A stretch of 63,218 bases of DNA, the filler included, from Collodictyon triciliatum (taxonomy: Eukaryota), in the NCBI GenBank assembly GCA_043381765.1. It is 7 parts of 7 records of this genome, joined end to end, with 100 filler letters (N's around TTAATTAATTAA, not from the genome) between each part and the next. Parts side by side here need not be neighbours in the genome. Positions count along the whole stretch, not along the records: positions 37,966 to 48,997 come from JBHJMP010002208.1; positions 49,098 to 61,376 come from JBHJMP010002210.1; 5 more parts are not named here. One strand, written 5' to 3'. A model generated the notes under the pieces. It was not told the DNA's origin. It saw nothing but the letters and a program-made list of their open reading frames with translations, and searched no databases. Shown here piece by piece: positions 40,954 to 55,512 of this stretch. The position numbers were made by a program, and so were the translations under genes. Each line of letters starts with the position of its first letter. The first letter of the stretch is position 1.

Positions 40954-43570
40954 CTAGGACTTATCTTTACCGAGGCTTTTTTTGATTCTGGCCCAATTCG
41001 AGACGGATGGCTCGTCTGCCTCAGTATGATTATCAGATAGGTTTGGTTGTTCTGCATGTGCATCTGATGAGATAGCATTATCGCCTGGCTCCTCAGTTTG
41101 TTCAGCCAGCCGCATCCGCTTTATGTCTCGCATGGATTCTTGTTCTTCATACTCCCGATGAACATTTTGTCTTTCACCTGAAAAGAGAATTATTCAAGAC
41201 GTGGCAAATTACAAGATGCAAATTACAATCAAATGGATGAAAAAGTTTTATCATAAAAAAAGTAAAAAGGACTACCAAGGTATTGGTGCTTAAATGAATA
41301 GCTAAAATAAACTTACTAGGATTGTCAGGGTCGTACACACCTGCAGGGAGAGGTGCGTTCATACCAGGTATGATAACAGTCCCTTCTGATGCAGTATCTT
41401 CAGAACAGAAAGTAGACCAAGTTGTGAGCAAAGCGGGATGCAAAAGAAATGGTGATTATATAACTTACTGATATATCCTGGTGGGAAACCGTATCTACGC
41501 ATCAATTGAAGATAAGGTGGTGGATCTCCTTCCTTCATTCCTAATTTGGCTTTATTGATTAGTCATTTCATAAGCGAACAGTATTATGAGCAAAATCTAT
41601 CGAGGGAAAATGGGCAACGAAAAGGAGAAGAACAAGAAGAACAAGAAGAACAAGAAGAACAAGAAGAACAAGAAGAACAAGAAGAACAAGAAGAACAAGA
41701 AGAACAAGAAGAACAAAAGGAACAAGAAGAACAAGAAGAACAAGAAGAACAAGAAGAACAAGAAGAACAAGAAGAACAAGAAGAACAAGAAGAACAAGAA
41801 GAACAAGAAGAACAAGAAGAACAGCATAGGATTCGCAACTTGCACATAACGAAGCAACAAAGAATATGTAGCTAACCCAGGGCATCCTTTAAGCGATCCG
41901 ATAATAGACCAGGTCGGAACGCATCGAGTTGCTGGTCAGGGTCGAGATGATATCTATGGAAAGGAAAATGTGTGCGGTATAAAGAGAGCTGATAAGGTCA
42001 TAGTAGGAAAAAAAAGTAGAAAGTATAAAAGAGTTACGGATTAAATAAGCAAACCTTCCATCAAACTTTTTTGGGGGAAGGCACGCCATAAATTCTTGTC
42101 GGTTTGTTTCTATTTCGTCTGCGTTACGTGGCTAATAATTTTAAACAAAAGTGAAATAAAACAATTGAGTCTGATTGATTCAGAAGGTGAGTTGGTGCAT
42201 TATTAGGCAAAGACCCTGACAAAAATATATCACATTTTTTATGTGAATATAGATGGCTAAGAACTGAATAGCATACCAAGATACAGTTGCGAGCATCATG
42301 ATTTGGCATTCCACAATTAAAGCACTTGGAGAGTACGCTACCGGTAACCCTAAGAGAGTAAATTGCATTTTATTTGGATTTGTTGTAATTTTAATTATAG
42401 TAGTTTTTTACAGACGCCAGAGTTATCATTTTTTAATACTATCGGATAATAAGTTAAAATTATGAGAGTGTAGTTAATTTTGTGTGGAAACTGACTGTCT
42501 TCCAAGGACGTCGAAAGGCAATGCGTAGTTCACTATGCGACTGTATCTGGAAATGAATGTAAAGGTCAATATAATAAAAGTGTAATCGTTAGTTGGGGTG
42601 CTGTATCGATATATAGTGATATGTTTTCAAACTGCGCCTGATCGATAAAATGAATAAAAGTGTACATGTTTAAATAAGTCTCAGATTTTGCACTTTTGAG
42701 ATTTGTTTTCTATAAGCCAGGGACATATTTTGAATGAAATGAAAAGAAAAGAAAAGAAAAGGCTAAATACCTTGGCACCACAATTTCGCACAGCTCAGAA
42801 AGGGGCTGCTGCTCAATCTCAGCCATTCCGCTTCTGTCTTCGATGAAACCATCACAATACTTCACTGCAGGCAAACAATTAGTAAAGTAACAAACATATT
42901 TTTTAAAAATAAAAAAGTGAATGCGAACACAAAATAAAGATATAATGTAATCTTGTAGGAAGCTTAAATGATAAGCATTACCCGTGGTTCTTGATACAGG
43001 TCTCCAATCTTCGGGGTCCGAATCTACTGTCCTCCAATATTCACGAGAAAAGAGCGACTGCTGAATGAATTCCTCCAGACGCTGCCTCAGGACGGCAGGA
43101 ACACCGTCATACGTGATTCGGAGAGAAGCATCCGCCCAAAGAAATCGGTCGCCCAGTAGATTCTGGACAGGCAAAGGCAATGGTGGAAGTGAAGGCGGGG
43201 TTCGCATAGGAGCAGTCGGGCCCCTTGACATGGACGCAGACATGGATGAGGTGTGTGGAGAAGTGGGCGGGAAAGTCCCCAGAATAGGAGGCAAAGCAGA
43301 GGGCGGAGGCGGCGGCGGTGGTGGCGGCGGCGGTGGAGGCGGCGGCGAAGGCCACGGGATCGAGTGGAAGCGTGGCTCTGGCATGTGGCTTCGGCTTTGC
43401 GAGGCGCGAAATGCCGAGTCGGAGACGGAACGCATCAGTGGAGGCCGTGGTAAAGGGACGTGCATGGCAGTGGTGTGTATGGGCTGTGGTTGTGGCTGTG
43501 GTTGTGGTTGTGGTGGCTGGGATGGTTGAGGCTCCTCCTCGGGACAGTCGGGTATCTCTCCGTCCTCCAT
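40954..43570 (-). CDS. ZCCHC8: ZCCHC8-like zinc knuckle / PSP domain protein (NEXT complex), multi-exon
   Basis: MEDGEIP start, CFNCGMPNHDARNCILPRNADEIETNRQEF zinc knuckle, LGMKEGDPPPYLQLMRRYGFPPGY PSP motif, IPGMNAPLP. Stop TAG 40954-40956. Confidence 0.85.
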
Positions 43571-44259
43571 GGGCTGTGGCGTCCCTGTGCGTGTGTGGGG
43601 GCAGGGTGATGAAAAGGGAAAGGAAAAGGAAAAGGAAAAGGAAAAGGAAAAGGAAAAGAAATCAGAAAGGAATCAATAAGAAAAGAAAAGAAAAGAAAAG
43701 AAAAGAAAAGAAAAGAAAAGAAAGCCAAAAAAAAAAAGGAAAAGGAAAGAAAAGAAAAGAAAAGAAAAGGGAAAGCCAAAAAAAAGGAAAAGGAAAAGAA
43801 ATCAGAAAGAAAGCAAAAAGAGAAAGAGAAAGAAATGAAAAGAAAAGAAAGCAAAAAAACAAAAAGGAAAAAAGGAAAACACAGAAAAAAAGGAGGATGA
43901 AAAGATCTTACACAATTTAAAGAAAAAGAGCAGGAAACAGAGATGCGTAACATCGATTAGATTGAGTGGCAGATTTTCTTCTTAGGAAGAAAGCTGAGTT
44001 CGTCTTGAACACCCTGCAGCCAAATAGAACGGAATAAAAGCGCGGGATAGGGAAGATTGTGCCGGAATGCAGATTGATCGTTGCTTCAACGGATGAAAAA
44101 AATTCGCCATTTGATCTTTTCTGAACTTTTTTTTTCCTGTTTACTGTTTTGTGTTTTTTTTTTCAGAGTCCCTTTGTTTGCCCTTATCTTTTCTTTTCTT
44201 TTCTTTATATTTTTTGCTCTTCTCTTTTTCTTTCGTTTAGCTTTATTGGCTTCTGGTCG

Positions 44260-44328
<69 letters not shown>

Positions 44329-44337
44329 TTTCCATTC

Positions 44338-46202
44338 CTACGATGCGCCAACAGGACTGAAGGTGGACAACCCGTGCTTCTTGGCCTGGATGTCAAGATA
44401 TGTGCGAAGAACATCGATGACCTCCTCATGGGCTGGCTCGTGCTTTGAAGTCCCCGAGAAAAGGAGCTGTGACAGAATGTCTTGGTTGGGATTCTGCTCC
44501 GAAACAGAAATATTCATATTTAGTGAATGCCTTCCTGGACATGATTACTAGTGAGTGATGGACTTACGTCCTTAACCATCATGTAGCACTTGTAAAGTTC
44601 ATAATTGTCGGTCTCGGCCTTCTTGAGAGACCGATTGATTCGGTTCATCTCTTGAGTCACCTGCGTTTGTTGTCTGATCGATCAGAAAAAGCGAACATAA
44701 TACTAGTCGCAGATGCAAAAAAAAAAAAAAAAAAAAAAAAAGTTTAGGAGTTTACATGTATTCAAGGACATAGAAAGAAGGCAGAAACCCACCTTCATTT
44801 GGTACAACTGGATGATTTTCCGAATCCTAAGGGGGTCGCCTCGGTATGCTGATGTTGGTTTTGAAAAGGAGAGGATAGAGTACAAACAAAGAAAAAAATA
44901 CATAAAATTCAAGTAGAAAAAAAGGAAATAAAATAAAATGATCGAATATTCAATTAGATTTGCCTAAACAAAATTCACTTTCAAGTATCTCCTTATAAAG
45001 AGGTTTATCGATAATAGATGACAAACTTTGCAGTTCAGAAGCCCATTGAGAACAGAACTCATTAGATACTAAACACACACAATAAAGTTTTCTTATTAGA
45101 TTCGTATATACGAGCAAACTCAAAAATAAAAATAGGTAAATAGTGAAATACACTGACCAAACATTTGAATTTCAAACTTAACTCATTTAAAAGTGCCGCA
45201 GCTATGTGAAATGCTGAATTAGATATCGAAAAAAAGTTTCTTACATTGGGGCGTAATTCGCGGGTGGCTGTGGTTGAGTACATCGATTAATATATGTGGC
45301 TGCATTTTGGGCTCCGTGCTTCCAGATTCCGATGAGCTCGCATTTGTCGAAAAGGATTCCATAATCTCGACATCAGATTCTGGAATAACGTCATCGCCGC
45401 GGAATGCAAAGAAAGGCATTTGCACATTCCCTATAAATCTAAGTATATATATATATATATATCAGTCTCAATCATTGAAATATATTATGGGCTGGTTATA
45501 GAGAATGATCGTGGTTTAGGGTTATTTTTTTTTAAAAAAAAAAAAGATAATAACCATAATCGTAATCGTAATAGTAATAGTAATCGTAATAGTAATGTAT
45601 TGCTCCCGAATGAGTCTGAGATAAGATATGTAGACATGCTTATTGCTTGAGGATAAGGGGGAATAAGAAAGGTCGTCGAAAAAGTCCGGAGATAAACCGA
45701 ATGCAGAAGATAGGTACTTTTTCAAGCTTAACGAGTGCTCGCTATTCCCACATATTTTGATTGGTGCAAATGTCATAATCCCGTGTATGACATATTCCAA
45801 AATGGGCGCACATATATCAACGCTATTGCCAACATAGTTGATCTGATGATGGATATGAAGATAGGGTAATCAAAAGATATAATAAATGGAAATATGAAGA
45901 ATGAAATCATGATTATGTTTAAGCTATAAACTCAGAAACCATAGGCATACATTTTTTGAATACCATAGTTTAAGCAAGTTCTGAAGTGATGCTGGGACCT
46001 AACCATCAAGTACAACGTTTTTTTTTCAAGAAAATCAGTTTGTGGGCAACACAGCAAATATAAATAAAAATAAAGAAACACCTCAAAACTGTCCAACTTA
46101 AAACTCAAAAGCTCTTTTCGAAGTGGCCCTGAACAGAATTCATCCAGCTCTGGTCGGAACCTAAATCAGGATGTAGTTTGAGAGATATGAAAATTGCCCA
46201 TT

Positions 46203-46301
<99 letters not shown>

Positions 46302-46921
46302 TTGTCTATGAATAAGGTACATTTCTTTGCATAAAATGAGAAACACAGGTTTTGAAAAATGTTCAAGCCATACAGTAGAAACACCCAAAAAAAATTAAAA
46401 GTGACGAATATTAGACAATAATCCACAAACGATTCAAAGCCGTCTTCATTGTCAAAGTCTTTTAACAAACACACAACGTAAAAATCATTTGAATTATCTT
46501 CCAATATATCTCTTCCAGATCTAGTGGACTTTTTCAACAACAGATGTCCTGTTTCTGAAAATGCCACCCTTGATGCATCGGAGGATCCCATAGTGGCAGA
46601 CTCTGCCAAACTTTGTGAATCTTCTGCAAGGGGAATAGCGCAGTAGTAGCAGACAGTGATTGCCGAAAAGTCAGATTGACTAAATCCAGTATATGAATGC
46701 GATAGGTCAGGATTTCGCTCCTGAAGTAAATAGATATTTCCGTTCGTAAACACTTCGTGTGAGTAGAGTTTGCTGGCGACGAACGAGCGCAGGCGAATCT
46801 CTTCGGCGGTGGGTATGTTTAAGCAAATTGGGTGGATCGCTTGCTCTTCCCCAAAAAAATGCGGAGAAGCTTTAACTGAGTCCCGTGATGGAGATGAAGA
46901 AGATGGAGAGCCTTGTAACAT
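44338..46921 (-). CDS. C17orf75: Njmu-R1 / C17orf75-like protein (WDR11-FAM91A1 complex subunit), multi-exon
   Basis: EIRLRSFVASKL..VF..GN, CYYC, YVVCLL..GFESFRPELDEF, SNEFCSQW, DPLRIRKII..MKVTQEMNRINRSLKKAETDNYELYKCYM, as recalled for Njmu-R1. Stop TAG 44338-44340. Confidence 0.75.
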
Positions 46922-48379
46922 TCATTTTGGATTGTTAATATGGTGTGTGTTATTTTCGGTTTATTGTAACTGGTATTATTGAATAATATTCTTATTGTGA
47001 TGATCATTTATTTCTTTAATTATCTTTAGTATCACTTCCTTTTTTTTTCGAATTCTTGTGTAAAAAAAAAAAAACTTCAAAGCGATCATGTTTAATTGAG
47101 ATATATACTGGATAATAAACGATCGACAGGATCCTCGGGATAGGTATGCGGATAATTTGCTTTTATGATGCCACCGGAGGAGGGGAACAGTTGTTTGTTA
47201 CGCACATAAAACAAACAGAAGCGTGAGTTATCGGGAGACGGATCGACAGTGCTGGAATGAAGAACGAAAATATTAGGTGGGTTTAAACTAGTTTCACAAG
47301 GCTATAGGCTTTGTTCTCTGTAGCATGCATACAAATGCTAAGAAGAGCAAATAAGAGAAAGAAGAGAAGAGAAGAGAAGAGAAGAGAAGAGAAGAGAAGA
47401 GAAGAGAAGAGAAGAGAAGAGAACATAGTAGAGGAGCTCTGGTTTCAAGAATAAGATACTTTCGAGTCAAGGCTCTGTTAGCTGATCAGATTTTGTTGTA
47501 ATTTGTTTCTTTCTTTCTTTCTTTCAAAATAAAGATATAGGTAAATAAATAGTGTGCCTTTGCTGGGAATTAAAGAGGCAAAAACAGCGGGAAAGAAAAC
47601 CTTCCGATTCACAAAGACGGAGTGATCTATCGATAGAGCATATTTATGGGTGAATATGTATATATGAAATATAGAACATTACACGCAAGGAACAGCGAGA
47701 TTTGTAGGCGCGACAATGTTCAAAGAGGACGAATGGTTGACGGGCTCATCAAAGTCGATCAGATCAGTCATTCCGGAGACCTTGGAGAAAACCAAACAGA
47801 ATGTTATTTGCGCATGACTTTGAAAAAACTTACTGTTGGATGATCTGAGGAGTTCATTTTCATGAGGAATAGCAACAATCGTACACCACATAGCAGCCAA
47901 CTTCATATGTTTGAAGAGACACTCTGTCAGAAGAGAGCAAAAAGTTTGATCAGAGATGATTGTATAGCCCCAGGTCGTTCCGGTTAGGACGCGCAGAGCC
48001 TTGCAAACGAACCAAAGAACAGGGGGTGTCAAACCTTGGCTGGCACAATCCCATTAACAAATATATATCATAAAAATTATTATTTAAATCAAAATACAAA
48101 AGTGCATTATTTATCATGATGTCAATTTAAATGCACAAGATCATATATTCCAGATTAAGTGTTTGTAAAAAACCCACCGCGACAGATTCATTGAACGGCC
48201 GATTCTCGAACTTGTGACAGATTGGATTGGCTTAAAAATGCCACAAGCCTACCAAGAGAATGAGCAGCCATCAACAAACGTCCGACGTTTGCGAGGAAGT
48301 AACACATGTGTCCCACCGGAGTCCCCACTGATCGAACAATCGCGAACTGCTTTCTGCTGACCTAGGAAAACTCTCGACG

Positions 48380-48713
48380 ATGAGCAAACTTACTGTTTAC
48401 ATCAGCCACATCACAACCACGATCAAAGTGGAGCAGGACTGCCGCCGGTAATTGTTTGACATTCTTTATTCTTTTTTTCTTCTTTCCTCATTTTCTGACT
48501 CCTTTCCCTTTCAATACTACAGCAAAATATGCGGTGGCCAGTAAAACAACCTCAATACAAAAATATAGTTACCGTACTGAAAGATGTACCAAATCCTATT
48601 CCTATTCCTATTCCTAATCCTAATCCTGACCCAAAATCCAGCGTTCAAGATCTTTTGAATGCTAAAAAAGTCGTCTTTGAGCTCGTTGACGTCGCCTCCA
48701 CTCCAGACAGAAA
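48380..48713 (+). CDS. SH3BGR-like glutaredoxin/thioredoxin-fold protein, N-terminal exons (truncated by contig end)
   Basis: Exons 48380-48447 and 48642-48713 give MSKLTVYISHITTTIKVEQDCRRVQDLLNAKKVVFELVDVASTPDR. Confidence 0.65.
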
Positions 48714-48788
48714 GTTTGTTCAAAACCAACATAATTATACCCATCCCGCCGCCTTCATTTCTCTGCATACTATTCTCATTTACTTTCT

Positions 48789-48825
48789 TAGCCTCGTTGC
48801 ACTTTGGATCGAATAAAGGAAAAAA
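48789..48825 (+). mobile_element. Ultra-short LINE family B 3'-end insertion (37 bp) with perfect 17-bp TSD, in intron
   Basis: TAGCCTCGTTGCACTTTGGATCGAATAAAGGAAAAA is flanked by ATTCTCATTTACTTTCT at 48772-48788 and 48826-48842. Confidence 0.85.
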
Positions 48826-48963
48826 ATTCTCATTTACTTTCTCCTAACATGCTAGCGTACGATCCAATGATCAATTCTCAAAGTAAATGTTTTCCTTTTT
48901 TTTTTTTTTTTTTTTAAAATAAATATTTTACTTTTAGAGGGAAAAAAATTATTTTTAAAAAAG

Positions 48964-48997
<34 letters not shown>

Positions 48998-49097
48998 NNN
49001 NNNNNNNNNNNNNNNNNNNNNNNNNNNNNNNNNNNNNNNNNTTAATTAATTAANNNNNNNNNNNNNNNNNNNNNNNNNNNNNNNNNNNNNNNNNNNN

Positions 49098-49158
<61 letters not shown>

Positions 49159-49281
49159 GCTGTTGTTGTTATTATTGTTGTTGTTATTGTTATTGTTGTT
49201 ATTGTTTCAAGTTGGATTTTATCTTGATTTTTGGCCATTTTTTTGATTCAGTGATATATTAAACTTGATTGATAAACTCAG

Positions 49282-50577
49282 AGCTTGGTATCGAAAGTGC
49301 GCTGCTTGTAGACCCGGAGGGGAATGCGCACCCAGACTGGTACGAAGTTGGAAACGGATGTCTGTGCTGTACTGTCAGGTCCCCAAAGATATACACAGAT
49401 TTTTGATCCCCCCGTGTTTTATTTCTACGATATGCACACAGTTTTCATTATCTTTTTCGTCCGATGAAAAACTTCTTCGTTCGAGTCCCATCGGTTTCTG
49501 ACTTGTACAAGTGTGGCTTCTTTCTTTTTCTCTCAAACAACAGAGATGACCTGGTCGTGACCATCGAGCGAATCCTCGAAAGAGACCCGACTTTCGACCA
49601 TATTCTTGTCGAAACCACAGGATTGGCTGACCCGGGTCCTATCGCAGAGGCATTTTGGGTGGACGATGCACTCGAATCTCCCGTCTATTTGGACGGTATC
49701 ATCACGTTGGTCGACTCGTTTCATATTCTGCGGCAGCTGCAGATGGAGCCTGAGAGTGAAGGCAGTCCAAATGAGGCTAAAAGACAGGTTCTTTGAAATC
49801 AAACCCATCAAAATCATCTCCTTATTATTTTGTAAAATTTCCTGTTGATATACTCCTCAAATTAACATAGACTTAGTTAATTATTTATTTTCAGTAAAAA
49901 GGAAGTATCTAAATATTTCCGGCATTATCATTAATATCACCTTTCCTCAGATTGCATTTGCAGATGTCGTCGTTTTGAATAAGGGCGACCTCGTAAAAGA
50001 CATCGACATGGAGACAATCATGCAGACAATCAAGGCAATCAACCCACACGCGAAACAAATCAGCTGCACGCAATCTAGTATTCCTTTGCGTGAGATTCTT
50101 AAACTCCAGTCATTACAGAAACTCGACTGGCTTTCAGAAATTCCCAGTGTCCAGGGTGATTTCCGCACTGAAAGTCAATCATCAGAGCATCACCATCAAC
50201 ATCCCCACCACCATCACTCAGTTGATATTGGTAATTGCGCCGTGTGCAAACCCATTCACGACCCTCAAGTCCATTCATGCTCTGTCGAGATGGCAAAAGG
50301 CCCGCTTGACCGCAGCAGGTTCGAGGAGTTCTGGGCGAATCTTTTGTGGGAGAGGAAGCAAGAGGCACAAATCTATCGCGCCAAAGGGATACTTTACCTG
50401 GCAGACGACCCCGAAAAGAGGTATATGCTTCAAAGCGTGCAGGAACTCTACGAGATACGGCCGATGGGCGAGTGGCTCACTTCGCCACCACACTCTAAAA
50501 TCATTCTTATTGGCCGGCATGTAAGAAATCTACGTCTTGTCGCTGAGCTGGAGGATTTGGTTGCCGATTCGTCTTAG
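49282..50577 (+). CDS. ZNG1: CobW/COG0523 G3E zinc metallochaperone GTPase (ZNG1/CBWD-like), N-terminus missing at contig start
   Basis: GNGCLCCTV, ILVETTGLADP, LDGIITLVDS, QIAFADVVVLNKGD, His-rich linker, IYRAKG..LQSVQELYE..KIILIGR. Stop TAG 50575-50577. Confidence 0.92.
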
Positions 50578-51066
50578 CCTTCTGCACACTTTGACGCCAA
50601 CGACACTGTGAGAAACTCATCTACCAAAAAAAAAATTATATACAAAAATAAAAGACGCAATTATTTTTTTTTATTGGCATTCTTGGCGTTTTCTCTATGT
50701 TTATCTTAGAGCGGAGAAAATAGCGGGGTTAGAACAAAGGACTACCTTTTTTTCCCTTCGCATGCATAGAAGAAAGAGAAGGGGAAAAAAAGAGATAGTA
50801 TGTGTTGATAATCAACCACGATAATTCAAATATTTTGAACAATGTGTTTTTTTTTCTCTTTTCTTATATCGCACTATTATCATCAATGATATCGTGATTC
50901 TGGATTCGGTTTTCTTTATTCGTGCCTCCCAAGTGGAATGCATGGATTAGCTGGTATAAATATTTGTCGCCATCAAGATTACTTTCCATCCATTCTTTTT
51001 TCTTATCATCCCAATTTTTTCTTCTTTTTTTTTTTTAATGGAAATGATGCGCCTGTATTTCACCCG

Positions 51067-54000
51067 TTACAAGTCAGACATCTCCACAGCACATCCGCCC
51101 AACGAAGTTTGCGTGGTGTTCATGGGCGATTGTGTGGGTTGTGTGGGAAGGAGGGAACTCGAACGGCGGAATAGCTGAGAGTTTCGTGGATTCAGATTTG
51201 CCAGCATAAATCGACGCGGGAGCGGTTTGTTTGGCGACGGAGTTTCACCAGGGTCGCTGAAGGCAAACCCGGTATCTGCACGCATTGGACAAGCGGAGAC
51301 AGAAAAAGCAAAAACACAAATAAGTGGGATAAGTAAATCAGTAGAGTTTTACAGATGATTGTTATCGAAAAGAGAGCAGAATAGTGAAAAAACTGAGTGT
51401 CTGGGATGTTTTTTTTTAAATATATATTCTATGTGATTCTGATGTTCGACGTATATTGTACGTGTTTTGCGCTGGATGCGAGGAAGCGAAATTCGCAGAA
51501 ACTTGGGTTTGATGTCCACTGTAATTCTTTGCTTCTCGCTTTTGTCCTCATCTTCGTCCTCAATTTCTTGCACGATGTGATACCACTCGGGTGTGTAGGT
51601 ACGCTTCAGGCTATAGTTCAATATTATTCATTTTCATATGATATTGTTGTTATAATCATATGAAAAAAGGAGATGATTTTGATTATTGTATTAAATGAAG
51701 AATTTTCATGGAAAAAGTAATGTAGAATGAATGGTACTATTTCCAGGATATATCTCGCGACAAGCACATCAACACAACTAGGAAAGAAATCAAATAGAAC
51801 ATTGGAGTCCCATATAGCATCGCGTCCATCCCCGCAAACTCAGCTCCGATAGTAGCGGTGGGATAGAAATGGCTTTTTAATTCGTTAAAGACATGCAGTG
51901 ATGAATTAAAAAAAATTTTAGAGGCAATTCGTAACAGGTTTGAACTCTATCTTATTAAATTATCGTGTATTCTTCACTTGCTACTTAAAAATTATTCATT
52001 CATTAAAATGTAACCTGTAAACAGCGATGTATATAAACCAGAAAGCGACAGTGCCCCACACAATAAGATGGTGAATGAAAGTCCAGGACGCCAATTCGAG
52101 CGTGAGCTTCAGATTCACAGTCAAAATCACACAAGAATACATAGTTATTCCAACCATCCATAAGTTGGCATTCAACCCATTCGGCGAAGGTATGTCGTTT
52201 GAATATGCTCCCATAGTTATAAAGAATACAATCTACCATCATAAATACGATTAAGTATAAAGATATAAAATCTCAAGTCTAGAAAAATTCTGGACAGGAT
52301 AATGTCGGGGGTGTTTTTTTTCTTCTGAAAGGCTTACAAGAGAATGAATCAGTCCATTCATAGCCCATCCCCAGAAAACACGAGAATTAAACTTTGTTGT
52401 TCGTTAATAATATATTATGAATACTAAGCTATAATCGGCTGAAGGATTTTAAGCTTGTTGGTAATTGAGAAAATAAATGTAATACAATGATATCCTTTTT
52501 TTTAAAAAAAAGCAGATGATATGACGATTCCTGTAAAATATATATAATAGTGGGATATTTTATTTTCGTTTATTGAGTATTAAACTTACATAGTATCTTT
52601 CTTGCCCTAGCATGTATAGTTGCGGATTCTCAAGGATTCTCTTTTCACTAATATCTCTATCCAGAACACCCAACACAATTACAGGAAGGGATGTGAAAAA
52701 CACATTGTATGCACTCAGAGTCCACGATTCAAACATGGTCTGTTTCGTGTCAATTGTTAGGAAATTTCATGTTGCGATGGATATAACCAAAACATTGAAT
52801 TTATGAATAGCTGTTTGTCACGCGAAGGGAAGAAAAAGCAGGTAATGAAAAGAAAAGAAAAAAGAAAGGTAAAGAAAAGAAGATATTATTACGAGACTTA
52901 CTTGACCTGAAAATGCCGAGTAAAAAGCAAACCATAATTGGACAAAGTTCAAAGCCATGTTTTTGTAAAAGCAGTACAAAATCACTCGGGAAGTCCGAAT
53001 ATAAGACCATCGGCCGTGAATCAGGAGCAAACGCAGCAGATATGTATACTATAGTTAAGAAGTATCGCAAATATACTCACTTGGAAGAAAGAAAAGGGCA
53101 AATGTGATGAATAAAATTCATTCAGTAAAATGGATGATTGGATATCTAAACTGGGCGATTGAGTAGTCACTGGCAAAGACAGCTTGCATGCCCTCCTCTC
53201 CGCTTATCCCAATGCCTTTTGAATGAATGATATTTTTTCTTTAATGTTTCTTTTCAATTATAATGTTAGTAAGAAAAAGAAAATACGGTATGTCACAGAC
53301 CAACGTGAGCAGACTGAATCATTGGAACATCATTTGCACCATCGCCGATAGCCAAAGTGAGAGGACGCGGCTCGACATTGTCCTTTACAAGTTCCACAAC
53401 AAGTGACTATTGAAAGAAGGGTAAAATATTATTCATTCGAACATATATATATATATATTTGATCGGCTTGTGAATGTAGAAAGCAATGTACTTTGATGGG
53501 AGAATATTGCGCTGTTGAATAGTAAAACTGCAACGTGATGTTCATACCTTTTGACGCGGTGTTACTCGACAGCAAATAACAGCCTTACATATCTTTGCAA
53601 GATTCAAGAATTCAATCTTAATGGAGCCATCTAATGCGAAGCGCAGTGTTTCTCCATCGATAATCAAAGCTATGTTCTCAATAATGACCTCAGAGCTATC
53701 CACGCCGAGCTCCTTCATCTGTTGTGATATTAATTAAAATGCAAACGTTTTTGACATCTCGAATATATTTCAAAGTAAGCTTAGGCTTTATGGATTCGCG
53801 ATGAATACTCATCTTTCCTCTTTTCTCTTTTTTTTTTATGAAAAAAAAAAGAGCATATGTCACTGCCATATCAAAATCACAGCCAATAAATGCCGATAGG
53901 ATTGTAATTCAGGTTTCGCATAACCTGTATTGATAGTGATTCTACGATTTTTACCTGCTCGGAGATAGATTGCTGAGTTGCTTCAGGTGTTTTTTCATTC

Positions 54001-55415
54001 AGCACGATAAGTCTCATCGAATCGCTCAGCAGTCCACATGAGTATCTTTCATATTGTCGATATCGAGCACATGGAATAAGCATATGGGTATGTTATTAAG
54101 GTAATACATTCCGAAAGTATGATTATATTAAAAATGTTTCTGTAGTGGTAGGATATTGAGAAAATGAGATACATGTTACTTTAATACATACCCTATGTTG
54201 ATTGCAGTTTCTTGTTTGTCCCCAGTTAAGACCCAGACTTTGATACCACCCTTTATGTAATTTTACATTATTATTCCTTCAACAATGATTTGCACAACCA
54301 AACATGCGGTTTGTATTGTTTTATCATCCTTTAACAAATCGTCTGTCAGATACGTGAATATTTTAAACGAATGGAATTGGTAATTTTTTTATCTGCTCGT
54401 GAATAAAAAAAAATGCAGAGAATGAGACAGATATATTCACTTGGATTAGAGTGCTGATAGTCTCGGGGACTCCATCTTGTAATTTGTCTTCAATCGCAGT
54501 GGTCCCGATGAGTTGCATGTTGACCTCAATCTCTTCGGCCAATTCATCAACCTTTTTTTTTTTTTTACCATATTTGAGAGAAGTAAAATCAATTAATCAC
54601 GTGAAAGAAAACTTTTATATTAGGATAAATCATCTTAATATAGGCAGCAAGGGGAAAATATATCAGCCGGAATAAAAACTTTCAATATATGTACATGTAT
54701 TGGAAAATTATATTTCTACATAACAACCTTCTCATCTCGATTTTCCAAAGAAGTGGCTGCCTCATGGTAGCGTTTTGCCCATTCGTGGTAGGATGATTCT
54801 TCCAAATCAATCTCAGACAAACATAGTGTACGGAGTCCTTGTGTAGCGAATGCCTAGAGAGCACCAGTTGTTCAAGCAAGATTCAGTTTGGATGGTTTTT
54901 TCTTTTGTAAAAATAAACATAAAATGAGATGATTTTGATCAAATTTTCGATAAAAAAAATGTAATAAGAAATGATGTACCTCCAGGAATTTTAGAGTAAC
55001 ATCTTTATTATGAGTATCTTGACTCAGCCTTGTGTAAATAATTGAGTCGGCTCCTTTGCAATATAACTTCAGCTTACCTGGTTTGTGTGAATGACAATAA
55101 CTCTTAAAAATTAAATATTTCGAACTCATAAAAGGGTAATAAGTAAAAGCTACACACTTGTGAGTTGCATATTTCACAAATAGATAGGTAAATTTTTCCA
55201 ATTTTTTGAAATAAGTAATTATCCGTTGTTTTCTTTAAAATTATTATGGAAAGAGCACATAATTATGTAATTTTCAGTATAAACAAACCTTCTGGTGTTC
55301 TGCATATGATAGACATACGCTTCCTGACACTGTTAAACTCCAATATTTGGTATATTTGAAAAACGTTTCGCTTCCCTTTAAATTCTACTGTAATGGTCTC
55401 ATTTGTCCTCTCCTG

Positions 55416-55512
<97 letters not shown>

